Positions 1 through 10,871 of a stretch of DNA of 64,000 nucleotides are shown piece after piece. The stretch is from assembly GCF_964204645.1 (NCBI RefSeq), contig NC_134027.1, forward strand, positions 12,184,485 through 12,248,484, written 5' to 3'. The translations under genes and the position numbers were made by a program. This stretch comes from Tubulanus polymorphus (taxonomy: Eukaryota > Animalia > Nemertea). Position 1 is the first letter of the stretch. Each line of letters opens with the position of its first letter. A model generated the notes under the pieces. It did not search any database. It had not been told where the DNA came from and saw only the letters and a list, made by a program, of their open reading frames with translations.

Positions 1-2
1 AT

Positions 3-2298
3 ACTGAGCAGCAAGAGGCAGATGATGAAGAAACTGGAGTAAGAGAAAGTTTACAGTATGCGTTCTTTGACCCAAAAAGATCATCTCAGCATGAAAACTA
101 TGATATTGGCTATGACATACATGCTCCATCGAAAGTCAGTGATGAACTACTAAAAGGATGTATTCCTGATTCAGAATTCCTAGAAATTCTCAGGAAACTC
201 AATGAAAAGCAAAGAGAAATATTTCTACATGTCATACACTGGGTAAAAACCAAAGATATACCACTAAGACTGTTCATATCAGGTTCAGGGGGTGTTGGCA
301 AGAGTGTTGTGATACGCGTCTTGTTCCAAGCCTTGCATAGGTATTATTTATCTAAAGCTGTTGACAATTTAGACAATATACGAGTAATGAAATGTGCCCC
401 TACTGGAACCTCAGCATTTAATATTGGAGGAAATACTATTCACCATGCCTTTGGTATTCCAGTTCAGCAAAACTTTGATAGTTTAAGCGCAGAAAGATTG
501 AATAGTTTAAGAAATAAATACCAAGATTTGAAATTTGTTATAATTGATGAAGTGTCACTCATAAGTAACGAGTTGCTACGTCGTATTAATGTACGCCTTC
601 AACAGATGAAAGGTAATGCTGAGCCTTTTGGTGGAGTTCACATAGTATTTGTTGGTGATCTGTTTCAGCTAGAGCCAGTGTCCTATTCATGGATCTACAA
701 GAACCTGGCAACAGGACATACACCTCTTGCTACAAATTTGTGGAAAGAATACTTTTATATGTATGAGCTTACTGAAATTATGAGACAAAAGGATGACCTG
801 GATTTTGCCCAGTTATTGAACAGACTGCGTGAAGGAATCCATACAAATGCTGATATAGAGTTACTGAAGTCTAGAATTATATCAAGAGATGATCCTTCTT
901 ACCCAGTCAATATACCACACATGTTTCGGACCAATGCAGAGGTGAATGCTTTCAATGAGTCTGCTTTTGAACGAGCTCAAACAGAAAAAGCCATAGTCAC
1001 AGCTTTAAATACTGTATTAGGGGATGTTTCTGATGATGTTAAGGAACGAACTTTACTTCATTTAAAAAACTGTAAGAAGTACATGGTTCATACAGAAACT
1101 GGAGGGTTAATATCTCAATTGAGATTGGCAATAGGATTACAGTATGACACAACGGTTAATATTGATGTAGATGATGGCATTACAAATGGTACATCATGCA
1201 TATTGAAAAAAATTGAGTACAGACAAGGTGTTTGTAGGCCAGCAATACTTTGGGTTGCTTTCACTGATCCAAAAATAGGAAAAGACTGTCGAAGCAAAAA
1301 TAGACATTTTATCATAAAGGTGTAAATAGATCATGGACTCCAATCTTTGCTATAATAAGGACTTTCACTGTGAACCGAGCATATGTAAATAGACAACAAT
1401 TCCCTATGTGTCCTTCAGCTGCAAAAACAATTCACAAGTGTCAAGGATATACATTAAAAGAAGCTGTTATCCACATGGGCACCAGGAAATTAGCACAGTC
1501 ACATTATACTGCTCTAAGCAGAGTTACAAATCTGAACAAGCTTTACATTCTTGAACTGAATGAAGGAAAGATATCCGTGTATGATTCAACCTTGGAGGAA
1601 ATGGCTAGATTGCGTTCAGAGAGAACTGTTCAATTATGCTATACACCTGTTTATCAGTTGCCTTTGAATGATCATCGCCTCATATTTCAAAATGTGAGAT
1701 CATTGAATTTACACTTTTCTGATATTGTATGTGATAAAAATTATTTGACAGCAGATGTGATAGGATTTGTTGAAACTTGGTTAATAGATACAGATTCTAG
1801 TGAATGCTATGAAATTGAGGGATTTACTATGATCCGCATGCTCCACATGGTTCATGTAGACCACACCACGGTATTGCTTTGTATGTGAAGAATAACTATA
1901 TTATTGAAAAGATTCAGCATTTTTCTTCCATTGCTATTGAATATAGTTATGTCAAACTCTTCAGCGAGATAAAGAAAACACCATCCATTCAGATTGTTAT
2001 ATTGTATAAGGCACCATCTTGTCCTCTCAGCTCACTTAAAGATCATTGTCTGAAAATTAAAACATTACTGCAAGAATCCTGTTCAACTGTGTATCTTGGT
2101 GATTTTAATGTCGATTCCCTTAAAGAAAAAAATGCAGTTTCTGAATTAGAGACACTAATTTGCTGTAGAAAACTATCATTTGGGGCAACAACTGTTTATG
2201 AAACAGCTCCTGACCACTGCTACTGCAATAAACAATGTATATATGGTGTCATAGATTCAGTAATTTCAGACCATAAAATTTTGACAGTTTGTTTGTAA
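3..2298 (+). pseudogene. Helitron RepHel C-terminal part: PIF1/SF1B helicase plus AP-like (EEP) endonuclease, with two frameshifts (~1310, ~1860)
   Basis: The frame is open from base 3. Motifs: Walker A SGSGGVGKS (~279-305), APTG, IIDEVS, GDLFQL, MRQKDD, TIHKCQG, YTALSRV; then EEP motifs NVRSL, ETWL, GDFN, SDH. Confidence 0.88.
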
Positions 2299-3786
2299 TT
2301 AAATTCTCATATAGTAAGTTTTCCAAGACTAGTTATATTTTGAGAATGAGCTTTTCTATTATTTGACTTTAAACATATTTACTATAACCATGATTACACC
2401 TTCAGTACAATAATATTACCAGATGCAGCTCTTTCACAGTGAGTTTATTTTACTTTTCATTGAATGATATCCTACAACTGGCAGATTCTGCCTACCGGGT
2501 ATCTTGAATATTCCCCTATTTCAAGCCCCAGCCTAGCCTTTATTTTATTTTATTCTCTTGTTCCTATATAGAAAAATACCTTCTGACTCTAAATGGTATT
2601 ACTGGAACAAATATCTTGGCCCCACAAATAAATACAATATCATTGAATATACTGGTACCGTACGTAAGTTAATTCAATTTATCTCAGTTTATCATCATTT
2701 CTTTTTGGAGGGGCAATTGAGGCTAAATATATTCTGTTTTTTATTTTCCAGGGATCATGATTCATTGATATAGCAGATTTCCGGTAAAAGAAGAGAGAAA
2801 TCTTTATTTTTGCATATAAGTTTCAACAAGTAATGGAACTAAACAGTGGACCATCAATTGAAATTTTCTTTTTAAAAGGTTGGTCAGTACAGTAAGTAAT
2901 GTGTTAAAATACAATACTATATGAGCTGCTGCCATCTAGGATACTTCCTGTATGTTCTCATCCCATGTGCTAAAATTTCGTGGTGACTTTGAAAATTCTA
3001 CACTGTTGTTTCAATTTAAAACTGTTTGTGAGGTATGTAGAAGTGAAATATGAATTCATATAAAGCCTGAATATCCAAAAAATGTTCCAGCTAGTTCCTG
3101 GAAATCACAATCTAGGCCTTAGGTAAAACTTTATACAGTTAAAAAATTTAAATTTACATTGCCTGGTTCTACAAATTACATGCTTAAAGCTCAGACCTGC
3201 AACGAATCCTAGTAATTTTACCCCAAAAATGAGACCAAAATTATTGAGAAAGGCATATACCCCCTACCCCCCTCCAACGACCCAGCCCCTGGCCTCGGCT
3301 CTATTTCACTTTTGAGACCAATCCCTTGCACACAGGTTATTTCTGTGTTCACTAAATTACTTAGACTAAAAAATCGTATTAATTCATTTCCTATTAATGA
3401 GGAAATTAGTGCATTTTATAATTGAATCAGCACCTTGTCAATTCAATTCAATCAAATTTTATTATTTCACTTTCAGATTCGTTCAATAAAAATCAACTAA
3501 CCAATTCCAATATCTGAGGAGGGATGTATTAGGCCTATAGCAAACAATCCATCTTGTATTCCCAAGATAGCCTCTCACCTCTAACTGCACTAGCTACCTC
3601 TAGCGAGGACTTTCATTACTATGCCATATCTCAGACACTAGTTTAGAAACAGCAATGGAAAATCACTCGCCACTTGTAGCCAGATTTCAAAATTTTGTAT
3701 CACCTGCTGGTAGATATCGTTATGCTGTCGATAAATTTTCTCATAATCTCATATAATTTCATGCAGTTATTTTTTTTATTTGCAGG

Positions 3787-4827
3787 ATGTCTAAACATTC
3801 AAAACAAGAGTACAATCAGGAACTTGTGGGCTATGTCCATAAAGTATCCCCAATGAAGGATGGAAACAAGGCCCAATATTTTAATTTTTTTGTACAACAA
3901 GAAAACGAAACAGTTCCAGCCATTGGATTTAATTTCAAGAAAAGACGTCTTTTACAAGAATTTGAACAGAACCGAACACCAATACAGCTAAAAAGATTTA
4001 AAAAAGACATTGACAGTTCAGGCAAACCAAAATTCATTATGAACGACAGGCTTACAGAAATTTCTGGATGTGAAACCAGTATAAAATACGATTTAAATGA
4101 AGACTATCAAAAGCTTGATATAGAAAAACAATCTGATTGGCCTGTCAGTAACGAAGGTTTCATCGTAGAAGCAGCAGTTGTAAAAGTGGGTGAACCTGAA
4201 TCCGGGGAACTAGCCAGACAAAGCATTGTCATTGCTTCTGAGAAAACGACCATCACCTTAATGTTGTACAAAAATTTGATAAATGCAGTAATGATTGATA
4301 CATCGTATCGTTTTTCGCCAGTCAAAGTCAGATTGTCTAGCGATGGAGAAAAGTATCTCGTAACAACCCCAGATACTCAGATTTCTATCTTAGATAATAA
4401 AATAAGCGTTAATCAAGAAATAATTTCAAATACTAAATCAATTGAAACGTCGGATTATGTAATTGGTAGCATTATTTCGGTACGTGAAGTTAAATCATTT
4501 TTAGTATGTGTTCAATGTCAAAAAACAATTTCTGTTATGAATGCACATGATGATGATGATGATGATGTTATCACTTGTAAAAATTGTGGTAACACCACAC
4601 TCCGCTCAATCTGTAGTAAAGATGGGTCTGTTACCTTCAGTTTGAGAAAATTGGATAAATCAATTAAAACACTTACCTGTTTCAGTAAAAATTTCCCTAA
4701 AAAAGATCAAAATACCATTTTCATCGACATAAAAACTGCTGTTAAAACTTTGCTCAAATATACACTTGTTAAAATCAGGTATAACAAACATTCCTCTGTT
4801 GTGCTTGAACTGTCGTTTGCCTCATAA
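3787..4827 (+). CDS. RPA70-like multi-OB-fold ssDNA-binding protein with a C4 zinc ribbon (probable Helitron accessory gene)
   Basis: Intact 346-aa ORF with OB-fold-like strand patterns. CVQC...CKNC lies in the last domain, as in RPA70 DBD-C. A polypyrimidine-TGCAG acceptor directly precedes the ATG. Confidence 0.6.
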   Translation: MSKHSKQEYNQELVGYVHKVSPMKDGNKAQYFNFFVQQENETVPAIGFNFKKRRLLQEFEQNRTPIQLKRFKKDIDSSGKPKFIMNDRLTEISGCETSIKYDLNEDYQKLDIEKQSDWPVSNEGFIVEAAVVKVGEPESGELARQSIVIASEKTTITLMLYKNLINAVMIDTSYRFSPVKVRLSSDGEKYLVTTPDTQISILDNKISVNQEIISNTKSIETSDYVIGSIISVREVKSFLVCVQCQKTISVMNAHDDDDDDVITCKNCGNTTLRSICSKDGSVTFSLRKLDKSIKTLTCFSKNFPKKDQNTIFIDIKTAVKTLLKYTLVKIRYNKHSSVVLELSFAS

Positions 4828-5349
4828 ACTAATGTACTTAAGTACAGTTTGTTTACTTGAATTCTCTAATTAGAATTCTGTAATCAATATATCTTATTAA
4901 ATTTTATACTGCTTAATTCCAGCATAATACTATGGTAGATTTTATTCTCTAACTATAGTTTCTTAATTCAAAATGCGATACTCAAAATTTTTGGTGTTAC
5001 AAAATTCTAATTAAGCAGAGTCTACAGTATAAACTTATGTAGAAGAAACTTAAACAACAATCAATAATGGAGTTAAATTTTTTTAAACTGGTCGCAGATT
5101 CACGAATTTATTCTGTCGTAATTATTTTGAACAAATGTAAGTGTTTTTAAGATGTTACCTTACCGTATGAGTAATTTCCTTTTCTTAGACTACAAAAGAC
5201 ATTGAATTTTGAGGTAATAATGTAATGGACATCCAAGTGCATGGTTTCCCTGTGAACATACATTTTTAATCTTATTTAAACATGTACTAATACAAGTTGA
5301 TTTTATGAATATGCATTAACCACTGAGGTTTCTCCAAAATTTCTTATTT

Positions 5350-5860
5350 TAAACTGGAAAGAAATTCCAGTCGATATGTAATTAAATTTTACCTGCAACC
5401 ATTTAAATTTTTCTTATAATAATAGAAAGAAATTCCATATGTTTTGTAATTAAATTTTACATGGTCATTAAAATTTTTATTGTCTTAAGAGTTCAAAAAA
5501 AGTTTCCATTGTTTGTTATTGAATTTTACATGTAAGCATTTATGTTTCTGAATAATCAATTAGAACTTGAAAGAAATTCCAGTTATTTTGTATCTATATT
5601 TCATATGTGGCCATTTAATTTTTCTTGTCATTAGTAGGAACAAATTTCAGTTGTTTTGTAATTAAATTTTATATGTAACCAATTATATTTTTCTTACAAA
5701 TTTCAGTTATTTTGTAATTAAATTTTATATATGAAGAATCATATTTTTCTTACAAATTTCAGTTATTTTGTAATTAAATTTTATATGTGACCAATTATAA
5801 TTTACTTGTCATTATAGTAAAAACCAATATCAGTCTAGTAATTAAATTTCACATATGCCC
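5350..5860. repeat. Degenerate AT-rich tandem repeat (~55-70 bp unit) inside the Helitron 3' region
   Basis: Recurrent AAATTTCAGTTATTTTGTAATTAAATTTTATATG-like units. Confidence 0.7.
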
Positions 5861-6587
5861 GTTGTAAATTGTTCTGATGCCCGAACAATCAACATTTTGA
5901 ATCTTACAGAGATATATTCAGTTTATTTGTTAGAATTACATTTAAGAAAAAAATAATTTGTGTTTGTATTCTTTCATTACAAATTTGAAAATATAAACTG
6001 ACTTAATTTGTAAAACATAAATAATTGTTGTTTCTTGTTTAACTTTTTGGAAGTAATCTCCCAAAACTTGTGCATATTGATTTATTAAAAGCTGCTTTCT
6101 CCACTCACTAGCTTCCTCCTTTATGTACATCATTCTATATCGAAGCAATTGCATAGATTTTTGATAAATTTCACTTGGTGCCTATACTTGGGGACTACAG
6201 TTTGTTCCACTTATGACTTCAGTTCCAACAGTTTGTCAGTTTAGAGTATGTTAGTATGATTATTGGTATTGTGGCCCTTCTCCAAGTGGCTATAATGTCC
6301 CTGAACATCTAGTTTCAAATAGATACTGATGTGATAGTCTATGCTCCAAGCCACAACAAAGACAGCGGAGCTTTATAAGCCGACAGGCTTCTTGTTAAAT
6401 AAATAGTATAATTATTTTGAACTGTCAAAGTGGAATATCTAAAGTACACTCAGACACTGCTGGCTAACCTGTGCAAATTCAATTTTTTTGGCCAAATTGT
6501 TAGTCGTATACAGTACCACCTATAAAAAAAGATTAAAAATATTCTTTTTTATAGATGGTACTACTGGGGTGATTACTAAATTAGTAG

Positions 6588-7050
6588 TGTACATAACGGG
6601 GAGGGAAGCCAGAGTTCAGGGCAGTGGCTGAAGTTAGTAAACAACCTACGAAAATACTTACGTCGCACATAAGACATTGAAAAGAAGATAGGTGAAAGTG
6701 ACGTGGGTATCTGCGTAGGGAAGCTGGATATGGCAGCAGGCTTGAGCTCTGGTATATGTTAAAGTAGAAAACAAGTAGTAAACTCGTGACGTATAACATA
6801 CGTACAAACCCATTCGGTGGAATGGTGTGACGAGAAAATACGTCACAGGCTATGATACCGAGCTATGTGGAAGTATACGTCGCGAGTAACATTAGAATAG
6901 TATAAAAAGGGAGGGTTCAGTACAGAAAGAGATCGAGAGGGGTAGAGAAGCTTAAGATAAGAAGGCGCAAGGTATGCAGGAGTGAGAATTGTATTATAAG
7001 CGGATGTTAGAATAAAGGAAGAAACATAAATCCACGAGAAGTCGTTAGCA
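6588..7050 (+). mobile_element. Possible solo LTR
   Basis: Starts TGT; TATAAAA at ~6901; AATAAA at ~7011; composition differs from the flanks. No TSD confirmed. Confidence 0.3.
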
Positions 7051-7052
7051 GG

Positions 7053-7360
7053 CAGGGGCGGATAAAGGGCATGTTGTGACCATGTCGACCAAGAAAAAGG
7101 GCATATATTCTTAATCTAGGGCGGAAAGGCATATTAGCAAAATTTTTGAAATTTTAGTATCATTTTAGAGCTTTCTGAGCTTCTCCGAGAGGCATTTAGT
7201 CAAGAAACATAGGTTATATATTTAGGAAAAATATCTATTGTGTATCTCAGGTCGTTGCAACGGCAAATTTTGATACAGAGAAAAAAAATTAAAAGGCACT
7301 TTAAAATTCCGACCGTGTAAAATTCCGACCCCCCCCCCCCGCTATCGTGACGAGCCCCTG
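7053..7360. mobile_element. MITE-like element with CAGGGGC...GCCCCTG ends
   Basis: Short terminal inverted repeat; ends resemble the element at 26955-27787. Confidence 0.4.
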
Positions 7361-7591
7361 TGAGTATCAACAATACTGATAAAAAATAACAAGACAATGA
7401 AATGTAATAGATGAAATCTAAGTGACGGACGCCTCGTCACAGCAATTGATTTAAATTCAACCATAATCTGATTTGCTGATTTTATCGATAAGTAGGTCTT
7501 GACGAAAAGGGTCACCTCATGACTGGAGGGAAAGCAGGTGAGTATAACGTAGAAGCAATAGTTATAGGGTTTTATGTGTGTGGAAAAAGAT

Positions 7592-7601
7592 TGTGTGTGT
7601 G

Positions 7602-7654
<53 letters not shown>

Positions 7655-7656
7655 GT
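7592..7656. repeat. Compound microsatellite (GT)n(GCGT)n
   Basis: Read directly from the sequence. Confidence 0.95.
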
Positions 7657-8300
7657 GTAGTGTGCGCAATAGCTCACACTAGACGTGTGATACTGCGCAC
7701 ACTGAATGCAAATGGCTCAGGTTACAAGGAGGGAGTATGTTCAAAAGAAAGAACAGCATTTAGTTACTATAACATATAAAACACTATACTATAAAATGTA
7801 AGGACTTATAAATTATGGTTAGTATAGTACAGGAGGGAGTAGAATGGAAGTAGCAGGGACCAAATAGGGTAAGGATAGAAGCGGGTGAGGTAAGGGTATA
7901 GGAATGTAAAGAATGTACCAAATAGTAGATAAGTCTAAGGTTTTTGAAGTTAAGAGAGTTGGGGCGATAAAGGAGAAAGTTATGTAACACAAAGAAGAAA
8001 ATAAAGAAGTAGTGTAGTCGTAAAAAAGACATGTTTCAACTTATATTCGCTCAAGAAAGAAGATAGCTGAGGACAAATAGACAAGCCGGTCAACATCATT
8101 AGTGAAAAGAGTCGCACACCAACTATTAGAAGGACTCCGTACCTCAACAATTGCTCCTTTGAAGGCTTGAGGAAGGCATGGGTATTACCGGTATACATGT
8201 CCCTCTTGATACTTGCACGCTACCCTTACATTTTTTTAACCTAACTAGTCTAAACTGTGTCTAAGTCAACGGTCAGATGAGCTACAAGACCATTGGTCTT

Positions 8301-9365
8301 TCATTTATCCTTGTTTATTGCTGTGCAGCACCTGCATAAAATTCTACGAGCTTCTTGCTGATAAAAATCCAAGCAGACGACATACACGATGAAATTCAAA
8401 CAAAAATTTAAATCTTGAATATTCGTCGAAACAATAGCATAGTACAGAACATCGTAACTCGGCGCACTTCCGTATAGATCGTATATGAGAACCCGAATCC
8501 AGAACATACTCCACAAAACACACGCGGGTGTCACCGTAACCAAAAACAGAGCCGACACCGAAATCAAGTTGACGAGAAATCGATAAGATTTATCGTCTGA
8601 AAGTCCGCCATGTTTTTGTATGGCCGAACTTCCGGTGGCTTGACGGTAGCGAGTTTTAATCAAAGTCGAGGCGATCACCACGTTCGATACGATCACGACG
8701 AAACACGGTATCACCAAAGTGGTTGTCAAATTTATCACGATCAAGATGGCCGTCCCGGCACCGGGCAGACGTACGAACGTTAAATTGCAATTAGTGCCCG
8801 TATCGTTCAGTTCGTACACTACTACAAACGGCGAACTGGCGACCACGGCTGTGATAACGGTGAAAATAATCGCAATTTTCCGCTTGCGAGATGTGAACAA
8901 GCGTTCTCGTTTCAGCGGAAAAAGTATCGCTACGCATTTTTCTAGGTTGAACAACATCAAAGTCCACGTAGACGTCGATGTGGAAATATACCAAAAAAAC
9001 CGAAATGATTTACATACGACCACGTGACTGGCTAATAAGTCGAATTCAACTCGGCCGTCCGTGAAGTCGTGCAAGGCGTTGTTCATCCAACTGTCCGTCA
9101 GGGCGTTTGTGAGAAGATAAACCAGATCGCTGGCCGCCAAAAGTGTCAAATACTGCGACGTCGATTTATCGCGTCTTTTCATCCGCGGGAAAATGATCAA
9201 CGATAAAGCGTTGCCTCCGATACCCATGAGAACAATACATGGGTACAGACAAGCACGGTAGAAATCGATGATGAGTTTTACGTTATCGCGTTGTGGTGGC
9301 TGTTCGATCGGCCTGTCATTCGTGGTCGTGTTGAGAACAGCGGTGGTGAAATTGTAATCCATCAT
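8301..9365 (-). CDS. Single-exon class A (rhodopsin-like) GPCR, invertebrate peptide/chemo-receptor type (FMRFamide-receptor-like clade)
   Basis: 354 aa with 7 hydrophobic segments. N-terminal N-glycosylation sequons; TM1 GN; TM2 LAASD; TM3 Cys; LEKC in place of DRY; TM7 NFIVY. Confidence 0.88.
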   Translation of the reverse strand: MMDYNFTTAVLNTTTNDRPIEQPPQRDNVKLIIDFYRACLYPCIVLMGIGGNALSLIIFPRMKRRDKSTSQYLTLLAASDLVYLLTNALTDSWMNNALHDFTDGRVEFDLLASHVVVCKSFRFFWYISTSTSTWTLMLFNLEKCVAILFPLKRERLFTSRKRKIAIIFTVITAVVASSPFVVVYELNDTGTNCNLTFVRLPGAGTAILIVINLTTTLVIPCFVVIVSNVVIASTLIKTRYRQATGSSAIQKHGGLSDDKSYRFLVNLISVSALFLVTVTPACVLWSMFWIRVLIYDLYGSAPSYDVLYYAIVSTNIQDLNFCLNFIVYVVCLDFYQQEARRILCRCCTAINKDK

Positions 9366-10444
9366 TAGTATCTGTCAGCAGTAGGTTGTTTCTTAGTCGT
9401 AGGGTATTGCGTCTTACGCATGACGTTACATTATTTTTTTTTCATTCACGTCGTTTACTCGGACAACGTAAACTCACTTTCACATGCACGCCTGTCAGTG
9501 CCCATATTTTAACGAAGAAAGTTCTTGCAATCGAACGAAAACAAACTTACGTTAGAAATTAGCTTTCATCATCAAACCACAGCGAACCTTTCGTGCTTCA
9601 AGGCGAGAAATAGATACGACTGCTGCTCCAAAACACGCACGCATCGTGTTGAAAAGTTTTCTTTTCAGTTCTTCACAGAATCTGGAATTACTTTCATCGT
9701 GAGAATTTGTTGTCGTTATTGAAAGGGACGGCTGCACGTAAATTCAACATCATGTCACGATTTAAATGTGAAAATCGAATCCGATATTTTAGCCGTTCGA
9801 TCTTTTTGCACCATGAGTACGCGCGTGCTCGATGTAGCGCATGAATCGACGACATGCACAGGAATTCAAAAAAGATTTTATAGAAAACTTCATTTCAAAA
9901 ACTGAAACTTCGTCGGTTATACGCACTGTACAAACAGGGACGAAGCCTAAGAACGCCTCGCCCCAATTTTGCGAAGATAACAATTACGCAACCTGGTTTA
10001 AGAAAGTTACACAGTAGTAAATTATTGCCCGTAATTTTCTTCTATTCATTTTCGGTCCACCTCGGGACTTTGCGTTTTACGGCGATTGCGTTCATGTACA
10101 TCTATATAAACAAAGCGTGTGTATACAACTACAGGCCTCGGATTCTATTCACAATTCCTGGATCCGCCTCTGACAAATTCAAAATTAGGAAGAAAAAAGG
10201 CCCGCCAAAATATTAAGCTATTGTTCACCATCAGCTGGTCCACGGTTCGCTAAACGATTGAAAACTGTCGAAATTATTTCCTCAAGGATTGCTTACAGAT
10301 CTATCTGGATAAAGCTTAAATACAACGAGATGAGTATTATAGATTAACTAGCTTCAACAGGTGAATGAGTGAGATTGTCACAACCTAGTCGTGCAATATC
10401 GTACACTGTTTGGGGCGTCATTCGAATGTGTCTGCATGTCTGCC

Positions 10445-10856
10445 AGTAATAGGGATAATAGGCTTTCATACCAAAGGTCGAACGGTCGAAATGGTAAAAA
10501 ATGAAAATAATAATAATTTACAGTTGAATTAGTCGCGCACACTCCTAATTCAACTGTAAATTATTATTATTTTCATTTTTTTACTCACTCGCCCGTTCGA
10601 CCTTTGATATGAAAGCCTATTATCCCTATTACTCTTAAAATATTCATATATATGAATAACATTTAAATGAATAACATATATAAGTAACGAGTAATTAACG
10701 AGCTCTTATAGAATAAATATATAGATATATTTACAACAATACTTCAATATTAATATTTGTGTGAGTTAGATTTTTAAACATTAAAAGTGTTAGTAAAGTG
10801 TGATTGAAATAATGCATAATATAAATCATTGAACTTCTAAAATCAATTTTAATAAA
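10445..10856 (+). repeat. Left TIR (412 bp); its first 189 bp form an imperfect palindrome
   Basis: Reverse complement of 26431-26842 with a few mismatches. Arms 10445-10532 and 10545-10633, 12-nt loop TCGCGCACACTC. Confidence 0.95.
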
Positions 10857-10871
10857 AAATTTAGTATTAAA

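Larger units (their letters stand above)
1..6395 (+). mobile_element. Helentron/Helitron2-type rolling-circle transposon, 3' portion (5' part lies outside the window)
   Basis: PIF1-like helicase followed by an EEP endonuclease domain, then an RPA-like ORF. Candidate 3' end: short hairpin AAGCC-GACA-GGCTT (6377-6390) followed by CTTGT. The 3' boundary is inferred. Confidence 0.75.

Noticed and set aside
5942-6154. 70-aa minus-strand ORF as Helitron cargo
   Set aside because: Short, with no recognisable motif or supporting splice structure.
7342-7779. ORFs with THAR/CVRA repeats
   Set aside because: These are translations of a microsatellite.
10490-10590. Poxvirus concatemer-resolution sequence (T6-N7-9-TAAAT) in the hairpin
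   Set aside because: TAAAT and T-runs are present but in the wrong order and spacing.
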